The notes under the pieces were generated by a model, which made no database searches, was not told the origin of the DNA, and worked only from the letters and a program-made list of their open reading frames with translations. Source: Thermoanaerobaculia bacterium (GTDB lineage: Bacteria; Acidobacteriota; Thermoanaerobaculia; Multivoradales; JAIOJS01). Taken from it: DNA of 64,000 nt. Shown piece after piece: positions 1-8,610 of the stretch (position 1 is its first letter; every line of letters begins with the position of its first letter). The translations under genes and the position numbers were made by a program. The DNA lies in NCBI GenBank assembly GCA_963846495.1, contig CAWJWP010000035.1, forward strand, positions 372,212 to 436,211, written 5' to 3'.

Positions 1-244
1 CCTCGGCAGCTTGAAGCGCGAGCTCGGCGACCTCGACCGCATCGGCTCCTGGACGCGCATCTTCGGCATGGTCAACTCGGCTCCCGGCTTCAACCGGCAG
101 CCGGCGGTGATCAATGGCTTCAGTGACCTGATCGTCGAGGTCTTCGGCCCCGAGCGCGGCGCGCACGCGCGCAGCGCCGTCGGGCTGGCCGAGCTGCCCT
201 TCGACATCCCGGTCGAGATCGAGGGCGAGGTCGAGCTGCGTTAG
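1..244 (+). CDS. RidA/YjgF-family (reactive imine/enamine deaminase-like) protein, 5' partial
   Basis: The frame is open from the window edge to TAG at 242-244. The C-terminal sequence [47 protein letters not shown] is typical of YjgF/RidA-fold proteins. Confidence 0.75.
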   Translation, partial: LGSLKRELGDLDRIGSWTRIFGMVNSAPGFNRQPAVINGFSDLIVEVFGPERGAHARSAVGLAELPFDIPVEIEGEVELR

Positions 245-297
245 GCTCGCTCGCACACCCGCAGCCGGCCCCTCGCCACGCTAGGGAGACCTCCACC

Positions 298-2259
298 ATG
301 GCCGGAATCGGTCCGCGACGCTGGGAACGCAGCCAACGCCTCGCCCGTCTGCTCCTCCTCGTCGGCCCGCAGGGCGAGGACCTCACTCGCCGCTACCTCG
401 ACGCGCTCTTCGACGAGCAGCCGCCGCGAACCGAGCACCCGCGCGACGTCCTCGTCGTCGGCGCCGGCATCGCCGGTCTCGTCTCGGCGCTGCTGCTCGC
501 CCGCCGCGGCCACCGCGTGCGCATCGTCGAGGCCAACGGCAGCCGCGTCGGCGGGCGCATCAAGACCTTCCGCAACTTCAAGGACCCGGCGCAGTACGCC
601 GAGGCCGGCGCCATGCGGCTGCCCAACTTCCATCCGATGGTGCTGGCGCTCGTCGACTGGCTGCAGCTCCGGCGCCGGCTCTTCTACAACGTCGACGTCG
701 ATCCGAAGACGGGCAACACCTCCGGCCCGGTGCCGGCGGTCGTCTACCAGCCCTTCGACGGCTCGCCGACTTGGCGCAACGGTCCCGACCAGCCCGATTT
801 CAGGCCGCCCGACAAGCTCTTCCGCACCTGGATCCGCACCAACGGCCAGCAGGTGCGCCGCGCCGAGTACGCCGCCGCGCCCGACGCGATCAACCGCGGC
901 TTCCACGTGCCCGAGCCCATGCGCAACCGCGCCGCCAACGCCATCGTCAATGCCGCGCTCGAGACCGTACGCGACTACTTCTCCTTCGTCGTCGACCCGA
1001 AGACCGGCGCGCGGGCGCGCAAGCCGGTGCCGGAGTGGATCGAGGGCTGGGCGCGCGTCATCTACGACTTCGACGGCTACTCGATGTGGGGTTTCCTCAG
1101 CGAGGTCGCCGGCCTCGACGACTACACGATCGAGGCGGTGGGCACGCTCGAGAACCTCACCTCGCGGCTGCCGCTGTCGTTCTTCCACAGCTTCCTCGGG
1201 CGGAGCGACATCAACCCGACGGCGACCTACTGGGAGCTCGTCGGCGGCACCGACCGGCTCACCGACGCGCTGAAGGAGCGCGTGCTCGCCGCCGGCGTCG
1301 AGCTGGTGATGGGCCAGCGCATGATCCATCTCGAGTACTGGGACGCGGAGCGCAGCGGCGGGCGCGCGCGGCAGGTCGGCCCCGACGGCCCGCACGTGTG
1401 GGTGGAGACGGTGGCGGAGAGCGACTCGACGAAGAAGAGCGTCTTCACCGCCGACCGCGCCGTCGTCACCATCCCCTTCTCGAGCCTGCGCCATGTGCTC
1501 GTCGAGCCGCTGCTGTCGTACAAGAAGCGGCGCGCCATCATCGAGCTGCACTACGACTCGGCGACCAAGGTGCTGCTCGAGTTCAGCAAGCGATGGTGGG
1601 AGCTCACCGACGCCGATTGGGAGCGCGAGCTCGCTCCCGTCGCGGAGGCGCCGGCGGCTGGCGCGAGCACGAGCGCCAACGCGTCAGCACAGGCGAGCGC
1701 TCCGCGCGGCGGCGGCGCCATCGGCGCCCACCCGAGCGTCGACGAGAAGCAGATCCCCGAGCGCGTCGCCAAGGTGTACGACACCTTCCGCGGCTCGCGC
1801 CGCGCCGTGCGCCCCGCCGACCACTTCTTCGGCGGCGGCTCGGTGACCGACAACCCCAACCGCTTCGTCTACTACCCGTCGCACCCGGTGCCGGGCAGCC
1901 CGGGCGGCGTCGTGCTGGCGAGCTACGTGTGGGCCGACGACGCGGCGCGCTGGGACTCGCTCGACGACGACGAGCGTTACGCCTTCGCGCTGCGCGGCCT
2001 GGTGGCGCTGCACGGCGAGCGCATCCTCCCCTTCTACCAGGGCGGCGCCACGCAGAGCTGGCTGCGCAACCCCTACGTCTTCGGCGAGGCGGCGGTGTTC
2101 ACGCCCTGGCAGCTCACCCAGTTCCACCTCGACATCCCGACCGTCGAGGGCCCGCTCCACTTCGCCGGCGAGCACACCTCGTTCAAGCACGCCTGGATCG
2201 AGGGCGCCATCGAATCGGGCGTGCGCGCGGCGCTCGAGGTGGCGGAGGCGGCGCCGTGA
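298..2259 (+). CDS. Flavin-dependent amine oxidase / L-amino-acid oxidase family protein
   Basis: 653-aa ORF. It has an N-terminal FAD dinucleotide-binding motif ([37 protein letters not shown]), amine-oxidase-like core motifs and a C-terminal FAGEHTS motif. An Ala/Ser-rich insertion lies near aa 450-480. Confidence 0.85.
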   Translation: MAGIGPRRWERSQRLARLLLLVGPQGEDLTRRYLDALFDEQPPRTEHPRDVLVVGAGIAGLVSALLLARRGHRVRIVEANGSRVGGRIKTFRNFKDPAQYAEAGAMRLPNFHPMVLALVDWLQLRRRLFYNVDVDPKTGNTSGPVPAVVYQPFDGSPTWRNGPDQPDFRPPDKLFRTWIRTNGQQVRRAEYAAAPDAINRGFHVPEPMRNRAANAIVNAALETVRDYFSFVVDPKTGARARKPVPEWIEGWARVIYDFDGYSMWGFLSEVAGLDDYTIEAVGTLENLTSRLPLSFFHSFLGRSDINPTATYWELVGGTDRLTDALKERVLAAGVELVMGQRMIHLEYWDAERSGGRARQVGPDGPHVWVETVAESDSTKKSVFTADRAVVTIPFSSLRHVLVEPLLSYKKRRAIIELHYDSATKVLLEFSKRWWELTDADWERELAPVAEAPAAGASTSANASAQASAPRGGGAIGAHPSVDEKQIPERVAKVYDTFRGSRRAVRPADHFFGGGSVTDNPNRFVYYPSHPVPGSPGGVVLASYVWADDAARWDSLDDDERYAFALRGLVALHGERILPFYQGGATQSWLRNPYVFGEAAVFTPWQLTQFHLDIPTVEGPLHFAGEHTSFKHAWIEGAIESGVRAALEVAEAAP

Positions 2260-2714
2260 GCGCGGTGCGGCGAGACGCGCACGCGGTGAGCGGCTCGCGA
2301 CGGGAAACCGCGAGCGCCGCTCGACGACGGGCCGCGGCCGCGGCGAGCTCCGCGGCGACCGAGCCGGGCGACGGCTGGAACGTCGCGCGCTACCTGATCG
2401 CGCGCTTCGAGCAGCTCGGCGTCCGCTTCCTCTTCGGCGTGCCGGGCAACCACCTCGGGCCCTTCCTCGAGGTGCTCGCCGCCGAGCGCGGGGCCGGCCG
2501 TGCCGACACCCCGATGACTGGCCTCGCGGTGCGCGACGACGCCGAGCTCGACGCGCTCCTGCAGCGCCTCGCCGATCGCAAGGACGCGATCAACCGCGGA
2601 CCTGTGCTCGTCCAAGTCGTGCTCGCGCGCACCGACTACCCGGAGGCCATCGGCTACGCGATCGAGCCGTGTCATGTATTAAGCGTCGAGGTAGGCAAGC
2701 CGCCTACGGAATGA
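2256..2714 (+). pseudogene. Remnant of a TPP-dependent 2-keto-acid (indolepyruvate/pyruvate-type) decarboxylase, with most of the internal sequence missing
   Basis: The GTG start overlaps the upstream stop (GTGA). The ORF encodes a TPP-enzyme N-terminal signature (NVARYLIARFEQLGVRFLFGVPGNHLGPFLEVL) joined almost directly to a C-terminal-end-like segment (DDAELDALLQRL....GPVLVQVVLARTDYPEAI). It is only about 152 aa, whereas I recall these enzymes being several hundred aa long. Confidence 0.5.
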
Positions 2715-2761
2715 AATAGTTTCTCCCAAGCCCAAAGCCCGACGACGCTGGGAGGCACCGC

Positions 2762-4141
2762 GTGGCCAGCTGTCCGAAGTGCGGGTTCGAGATCGATGGT
2801 ACTGCCGTCGACTGCCCGGCGTGCGGCATCGTCATCGGCAAGTTTCGTCCGGCGCCCGCGCGGCCCACCGCCAGCCACAGCCACTCGCCCAGCGCCGTCC
2901 CGCCGCAAAGCACTACCTCGCCTTCGGCGAGCGACGCGAGCCCGGCACCACCGTTCGCGCCAAGGCTGACCGCCACCCAAACGGCGGCGGCGAGCGCGCC
3001 GCTGAGCACGAGAGCTCCGGCTGGCTCGCAGCCACGCCGAGCGCGGCTGTCCGCGATCCTTGCTGCGGCCGTGGCAGCTCTGGCCATCGCCGGCGTCATC
3101 GCTTGGTTGGTCCTCCGCCCACCAAGCGCCCGTGAGGTCGAAGCTCTCGCCAGGGCATCGACGGTGTCCTTGCGCTGCGCCGACGGCGTCGCGGGCAGCG
3201 GCTTCTTCATCACGCCCACGCGACTGGTCACCAACGCTTACTCGCGCTGTGAGAGCCAGGCTGTCGAGGTGGTGCTCGCGAACGGCCAGCGGCTCGTTGG
3301 TCAGACAGTTGAGGTCGACTGGAGGCTCGACCTCGCGCTGGTGAGCGTGCCGGACGCGCAGGCCGAGCCGCTCGAGCTCGGCGACGCCGCCAGCGTGCGG
3401 CGCGGCGACGCCGTGTACGTCTTCGGCCGCCCCGACTACGTCGCGGGCAACCTCGCGCAGACGCGGATCAGCAACGAGGAGTACCCCTTCCACGGCATCC
3501 CCTACCTGCAGATCGACAGCATGGTCAATCCCGACAACACCGGCGGGCCGCTGCTTGATGAGCGCGGGCTGGTCGTCGGCATCGTGACGACGACGGCGGG
3601 TGACGCACCGAATCTCCGTCTCGCGCTGCCCGTGAACAGCCTCATCACCCGCCACGACGGATGGGCGCAGCAGACGGTCACCTCGGTGGACGACGAGACC
3701 TGGGCGCGGCGCCTTCGCGGTGCCGAAGCGGAGGATCGCGCCGAGGTGAACAAGCTCGTGGCGAGCACGTGGGCCCCGCTGGAATCTGCCGTCGTCCGCA
3801 ATGGAAGCACTCTCGAGCTCTTGATGCTCCGCAGCGGCCAACAGCGTCCACCGGACGGCAATGGGCGGATGAATTTCACGATCACCCACGAGGTCGGACC
3901 GGTGTGCCGGACGTGGGGCACCGGCAGCTGGCAGCCGATCGCCGAGATTGGTCTTCCTTGGTTGGATCCGTCGACCAGCGCCTGGCTGGCCAGCCACAAT
4001 CCGGACCATCCGCTATGGGCTGCCGTGTACCGCATCCGGCTCGAGGGCTGTCCGCCGGCCTACCAGCTGGCCGGGCTCGAGATCTATCCCGCCGGCGACG
4101 TGTTCGGCGTGCGCATCGAGCTGGAGAAGTCGATGCGCTGA
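2762..4141 (+). CDS. Membrane-anchored Zn-ribbon protein with a trypsin-like (S1C-fold) domain lacking the canonical His and Ser
   Basis: The N-terminus has CPKCG...CPACG (two CxxC), followed by a Pro/Ala/Ser-rich linker and a TM helix (LSAILAAAVAALAIAGVIAWLVL). A Trypsin_2-like core follows: GSGFFITPTRLVTNAYS (His position is Tyr), DLALV (Asp kept), DNTGGPLL (GNSGGP Ser position is Thr). Confidence 0.7.
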   Translation: MASCPKCGFEIDGTAVDCPACGIVIGKFRPAPARPTASHSHSPSAVPPQSTTSPSASDASPAPPFAPRLTATQTAAASAPLSTRAPAGSQPRRARLSAILAAAVAALAIAGVIAWLVLRPPSAREVEALARASTVSLRCADGVAGSGFFITPTRLVTNAYSRCESQAVEVVLANGQRLVGQTVEVDWRLDLALVSVPDAQAEPLELGDAASVRRGDAVYVFGRPDYVAGNLAQTRISNEEYPFHGIPYLQIDSMVNPDNTGGPLLDERGLVVGIVTTTAGDAPNLRLALPVNSLITRHDGWAQQTVTSVDDETWARRLRGAEAEDRAEVNKLVASTWAPLESAVVRNGSTLELLMLRSGQQRPPDGNGRMNFTITHEVGPVCRTWGTGSWQPIAEIGLPWLDPSTSAWLASHNPDHPLWAAVYRIRLEGCPPAYQLAGLEIYPAGDVFGVRIELEKSMR

Positions 4142-4171
4142 GGCCGGCGCGTGCCGAGAGCTCGGCTGCCG

Positions 4172-6547
4172 TCAGCGGACCGCCGGCAGCGCGCGCTCCC
4201 ACAGCCCGTCGCCGTGCGCGACGAGGCGCAGCAGCCGCTCCTTGCCGTAGAGCAGGAGCTGCATGCTCTCGACCGCCGGGTAGAGGCCCTCGCTCCACGG
4301 CTGCCAGCTCGCGCCGCCGTCGCGCGAGCGGTAGACGCCCCACTGGTTGGCGACGTAGAGGTCGCCGCTCGCCGCGTCGACGACGAGGTCCGCGTGCGGC
4401 ACGTCGGGCAGCGCGCCTTTCGCCGCGTCGCCGTCGAGCACCCGCCACGCCGGCGCCGCGCCGCCGCTCCACGCGCTGTCGTCGAGCGGCGCCGTCCACA
4501 CGTGCCCCGGGCCGAAGCCGCCGAAGACGAGGAAGAGGCGCTTCCCCGCTTCGTCGAGGACGATCGCCCGCGGCTGCCGGTCGCGCGGCAGCGCGTCGCC
4601 GGTGAGGTCGCGCCAGGTGAAGCCGCCGTCGGGGCTGGCGTAGACGTGCATCGCCTCGTAGCGCGGATCGGTGACGGCGACGACCTTCGCGCTCGATGAC
4701 GGCGACACCGCGAATGCCGCGATCGGGTTGCGGTCCTTGCCGAAGCCGGTCGGCTCCCAGGCCAGCGCCAGCGTGCGCACCGCGGCCTTTTGCGTCGACG
4801 AATGCGTGGGGTCCTCGTCGGCGAGCGCCGTGCGCGTCGAGCGGTAGAGCACGTTGCGCGCTGCGTAGAGCACGTCGCCGGCCGCGGACACTTCGACGGG
4901 CGCGTACCAACCCGTCGTGTCGAGGCAGTTGTCGCTGCTGTGGAACGGATCGACGTCGGGGATGAAGAGGCCGCCACCGTTGTCGTTGTCGGGCGCGTCG
5001 TACTGCTGGTCGCTCGTGACGCCGAGCCGGTAGCGCCCGAGCCGCGCGTTGAAGTGCTGGCCGACGTAGAGCAGCTTCTCGGACTGCGAGTAGGCGATGG
5101 CGCCCGCCTCGTGTCCGTAGCCGGCCACCCAGCTCCAGCCGTCGCCCTTCGTCGACGGCTGGTAGAAGTAGAAGCCCGGCCCCTGGTCCTGCGCCGTGGC
5201 CGCGACGAAGCCCGAGGCCTCGGGCGAGCTCGCCGCGGGGTAAAGCTGCACGACGTCATAGCCCTCGTTCCAAGCCTGGATCGAGCGGCCGCCATCGAGC
5301 GAGCGATAGACGCCTTGGTCGCTCGCGAAGTAGAGCCGCTCGCTCGCTCCGGGCTGTTTCTCCCCCGGATTGCCCGGCACGACGACGATGCGGTGCGTGT
5401 CGGCCATGTAGTAGAGGCCCTTCTCGTCGTTGACGATCGTCCACAGGCCGGCGCCGCTGCCGCCGTAGCTCTTGCCGCCGTCGAAGCTGCGCTGGAGCTG
5501 GGTGCCGACGATCCACAACCGATCGGGGTCGCTCGACGACACCGCTACCGCGTGCGAGTACCAGCCCTGCGAGCTGGCGTAGCTCTGCGTCGTCTGCGTC
5601 GTCCAACGCCGGCCGCCGTCGTCGGAGCGCAGCAGCCAGTTGACGGGATCGACCTTCAGGCTCTGGTACTGGCAGGCGAAAGCGCCCTGGTCGCTGCCGT
5701 ACTGCGCGTTGCCGTAGGCGAAGTGGAGCTGGTTGCCGATCGACGCGTAGACGACCGACGGCTCGCTGGGCGAGCGGCCGAGGACCGCCTTGCCTTCGAA
5801 CTTCGACGGCACGCCGTCGAGGAGCTTCTGCCAGCTCTCGCCGCCGTCCTCGGTGAGGTAGAGCCCATGGCCCGCGCTGGCTGCCGAGCCACAGGCGACG
5901 AGCAGCTCGCCCGGCCGCGCCGGGTTCGGCGACAGGCTGGTCGCCATGATGACGGGCAACGACTGCTCCCACCGGTCGGCGCCGGCCGCCGCGCCGAGAC
6001 GCGTGCGCAGCCGATAGACGCCCTCCGTCGTCGCCGCCCACACGGTGAAGTCCGCCGCCGAGTCGCCGTCCGGCACGATGGCGAGGTCCTGCACGCCGGT
6101 GCGGTCCGCCGGCTGCCAGGCGAGGCTCGGCTGCCAGGACTTGCCGCCGTCGCGGCTGGCCAGGATGCCGATGCCGTAGTTGCCGCGCGTCGTGTGGTCG
6201 TCGAGGCCGATGTCGGCCTGCCGATAGCGGTAGACCTCGCCGGTGCCGGCGAAGATCACGTTCGGGTCGCGTGGGTGGATGGCGATCGCGGCGACGCCGA
6301 GCACGCGGTGCGGTGAGGTGTCGACGCGCTGCCACTCGGCGCCCGGCTCGCGCTTCCAGAGACCGGAGCTCGCCGAGCCGGCGAAGATTCGCTCGGGGTT
6401 CGAGGGATCGACGGCGATGACGAGGGTGCGGGCGCCGAAGTCGTAGGGCCCGCGATGGACCCAGCGGTCGTCGGCGTGGAGCAGCGATGCGAACGCGAAA
6501 CTGACGAGGCCGGCGAGCAAGGCAACGGCGGTGGAGCGCTTGGGCAC
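4172..6547 (-). CDS. Secreted BNR/Asp-box repeat (sialidase/Sortilin-Vps10-like beta-propeller) protein
   Basis: Multiple Asp-box motifs are present (DGGKSWQ, DGGESWQ, DDGGRRWT, FDGGKSYG, LDGGRSIQ, PDGGFTWR, RDGGASWQ). I chose the start at GTG 6547 because an AAGGAGG RBS lies 5 nt upstream and a signal peptide follows (VPKRSTAVALLAGLVSFAFASLLHA). The longer ORF to 6754 is unlikely. Confidence 0.8.
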   Translation of the reverse strand: MPKRSTAVALLAGLVSFAFASLLHADDRWVHRGPYDFGARTLVIAVDPSNPERIFAGSASSGLWKREPGAEWQRVDTSPHRVLGVAAIAIHPRDPNVIFAGTGEVYRYRQADIGLDDHTTRGNYGIGILASRDGGKSWQPSLAWQPADRTGVQDLAIVPDGDSAADFTVWAATTEGVYRLRTRLGAAAGADRWEQSLPVIMATSLSPNPARPGELLVACGSAASAGHGLYLTEDGGESWQKLLDGVPSKFEGKAVLGRSPSEPSVVYASIGNQLHFAYGNAQYGSDQGAFACQYQSLKVDPVNWLLRSDDGGRRWTTQTTQSYASSQGWYSHAVAVSSSDPDRLWIVGTQLQRSFDGGKSYGGSGAGLWTIVNDEKGLYYMADTHRIVVVPGNPGEKQPGASERLYFASDQGVYRSLDGGRSIQAWNEGYDVVQLYPAASSPEASGFVAATAQDQGPGFYFYQPSTKGDGWSWVAGYGHEAGAIAYSQSEKLLYVGQHFNARLGRYRLGVTSDQQYDAPDNDNGGGLFIPDVDPFHSSDNCLDTTGWYAPVEVSAAGDVLYAARNVLYRSTRTALADEDPTHSSTQKAAVRTLALAWEPTGFGKDRNPIAAFAVSPSSSAKVVAVTDPRYEAMHVYASPDGGFTWRDLTGDALPRDRQPRAIVLDEAGKRLFLVFGGFGPGHVWTAPLDDSAWSGGAAPAWRVLDGDAAKGALPDVPHADLVVDAASGDLYVANQWGVYRSRDGGASWQPWSEGLYPAVESMQLLLYGKERLLRLVAHGDGLWERALPAVR

Positions 6548-6754
6548 CGTTCCCTCCTTGCGTGCGGGGCGCACGCACAGTCGAAGGTCGACGCGATGCG
6601 ATGGGTCCGTGACGAGGTGAACGATCATGGCACAGGGTGCGCTCGCCGACGGCAACGTTGTGTTAGGTTGCCCGCCGACGATCGCAGAAACGTGGCTGGT
6701 CGCGCGGGCGGCCTTCCTGAGCGCACCAGCCCTCGCCTGGAGGAGGGACGCCAC

Positions 6755-8518
6755 ATGAGCTCAGACGCACCGGCCCCGCAGCCCGCGCCTCGCCAGCCCA
6801 CCGACCTGGCCGTCGACCGCGCCGCGCTCTACGCGCTGATCCAATCGGCGGTGGACGTCGAGCTGTTCACCATCCCGCTCTACATGACGGCGCTCTACTC
6901 CATCCGCGGCACCTACCCGGCGCCGCTCGACGGCCAGAACGTCTGGCCGGGCATGCGCCCCGATCCCACCTCCACGACGCCGAGCCAACGGGCGTTCAAC
7001 GCCGTCTTCTCGGTCTACGTGCAGGAGATGCTGCACCTACAGCTCGCCGGCAACATCGCCAGCGCGATGGGGTTGCCACCCAGCCTCGACGCGCCGGTCT
7101 ACGACGGCACCTCCGTTCCCTGCATCGGCGACTTGAAGGACATGGCGGGCTTCGAGGACGTGGTGGTGAAGCTGGGGCCGCTCGACCGCAACCAGGTCCG
7201 CCTCTTCCTCGCCATCGAGAACCCGGACTGGGAGAGCTCGTCGGTGAAGCCGGCGGTGCCCTTCGCGGGATGGAGCCCGGGCCAGCCGCTGCCCGAGTTC
7301 GGCACCATCGGTCACCTCTACCAGTGCATCCGCGAGTACATGGACCTCGTCTACGTCGACGGCGGGCTCGTCACCGGCACGCTGTGGGAGAAGGTCTACG
7401 ACCCCGACTCGATCCAGATCGACCTCTTCAACTTCGAGAGCAAGACCGACTACCACCCCGATCAGGAGTACCCGACGTTCGACGTCTTCTTCCCGCTCGG
7501 CATCAGCGCGGCCGACGCGCGCAAGGTCGCCGACACGATGATCGACGCCATCACCGAGCAGGGCGAAGGGCGGGACGCCAGCAAGGGCCCGGACACCGTC
7601 GACCCGCAGTACGTGCCGTCGGAGAAGGGCGTCAGCGACGACTACAACTCCAACGACGGCGCGGTGCGTTTCTTCTGGGATCAGCAGGGACACTGGGAGC
7701 GCTTCCAGCAGGTGGCGCGCTGGCTCCCCGAGATCGAGACCTGGCCGCAATGGTGGGCGAAGCGCGGCGGCATCGTCGCCTGGCAATGGCAGGACCTCGT
7801 CGTGGCGTCGCACACCGCCGACCCGCCGACGCAGACGTTCGCCCAGCAGCGCGCCGACGCGCTCAACGATCCGCGCACCGCCGACCAGGTCAACGACGCG
7901 CTCGACCAGAGCTACAACAGCCTGCTCCAGGCGATCGAGACGAGCTGGAAGAACCCGGCCTGGCGCGACCGCAAGGGAAAGAAGATCGACGCCGACCAGC
8001 TCTTCCCGTACGCCGCCATGCAGGCGCTGTCGACGCGGGTCGCCACCGTGTGGGCGGCCAACGGCGTGCCGCGGTTCAAGAAGGTGCAGACCGGCACGCT
8101 GCCCTTCCCCGACCAGCAACCGCACGCCTGCCAGGGGCTCGACCCCGACCCGAAGAGCGGCGTGTGGGGCGTCAACACCTGCGCCAACGCGGTGATCCAC
8201 ACCTGCTCGCAGGCCAACAGCTGCACGCACCAGGGCGGCTGCGGCTACCCGCACGAGCCCGACGGCTTCCCCAGCGTCAACACCGACAAGGGCGGCGGCG
8301 GCGGGTGCGGCGCGCCGATCCCGGTGGCGCAGGTGTTCAACGGTCCCGCCGGCACCGTCTGGACGTACCAGCCGCAAGGCGGCAAGCAAATCCCGATCGC
8401 GGCCGGCGCCGAGGTCTGGGAGACCGCGTGGCAGCTCTTCCAGGCCATCTACCCGGACGCGGCGCAGGCGACGCCGCCGCCACCCACCAACCTGCGGCTG
8501 GTGCTGCCGCCGAGCTAG
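6755..8518 (+). CDS. Ferritin-like domain protein (PF12902-like) with a C-terminal six-Cys bufferin-like module
   Basis: ATG 6755 is preceded by GGAGGAGGG. The N-terminal four-helix-bundle signatures are VDVELFTIPLYMTALYSI and VQEMLHLQLAGNI (ExxH). The C-terminal segment is ACQG..GVNTCANAVIHTCSQANSCTHQGGCGY..GGGGGCG. No signal peptide is evident. Confidence 0.8.
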   Translation: MSSDAPAPQPAPRQPTDLAVDRAALYALIQSAVDVELFTIPLYMTALYSIRGTYPAPLDGQNVWPGMRPDPTSTTPSQRAFNAVFSVYVQEMLHLQLAGNIASAMGLPPSLDAPVYDGTSVPCIGDLKDMAGFEDVVVKLGPLDRNQVRLFLAIENPDWESSSVKPAVPFAGWSPGQPLPEFGTIGHLYQCIREYMDLVYVDGGLVTGTLWEKVYDPDSIQIDLFNFESKTDYHPDQEYPTFDVFFPLGISAADARKVADTMIDAITEQGEGRDASKGPDTVDPQYVPSEKGVSDDYNSNDGAVRFFWDQQGHWERFQQVARWLPEIETWPQWWAKRGGIVAWQWQDLVVASHTADPPTQTFAQQRADALNDPRTADQVNDALDQSYNSLLQAIETSWKNPAWRDRKGKKIDADQLFPYAAMQALSTRVATVWAANGVPRFKKVQTGTLPFPDQQPHACQGLDPDPKSGVWGVNTCANAVIHTCSQANSCTHQGGCGYPHEPDGFPSVNTDKGGGGGCGAPIPVAQVFNGPAGTVWTYQPQGGKQIPIAAGAEVWETAWQLFQAIYPDAAQATPPPPTNLRLVLPPS

Positions 8519-8538
8519 GGGTCGTGGATGCGCAGCAT

Positions 8539-8610
8539 CGAAATCGCTTCGCTGCGCTCGCGATGACGGAAGGAAGTCATCGCGAGGAGCGCAGCGACGA
8601 AGGGATCTCG
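8539..8610. repeat. REP-like imperfect palindromic element (copy 1)
   Basis: The left arm is cgaaatcgcttcgctgcgctcgcgatgac, the loop is ggaaggaa, and the right arm is gtcatcgcgaggagcgcagcgacgaagggatctcg. The right arm recurs at 22917-22989 and 36266-36300. Confidence 0.6.

Noticed and set aside
241-1551. Long antisense or out-of-frame ORFs throughout the window. Examples are 241..1551 (-), 771..2255 (+), 3882..4910 (-), 8515..10119 (-), 16952..20428 (+), 23931..26885 (-), 39883..42396 (-) and 43404..45521 (-).
   Set aside because: Their translations are Arg/Ala/Pro/Gly-rich low-complexity sequences with no motifs. They overlap ORFs that have clear family signatures. This is the usual stop-codon-poor artefact of roughly 70% GC DNA.
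6455-6754. N-terminal extensions of the divergent ORFs (6455..6754 for the ferritin-like gene and 6548..6754 for the BNR gene).
   Set aside because: Strong RBS-plus-start combinations occur internally (GGAGGAGGG-ATG 6755 and AAGGAGG-GTG 6547), with a signal peptide for the BNR protein. The extensions would overlap each other in the divergent promoter region.
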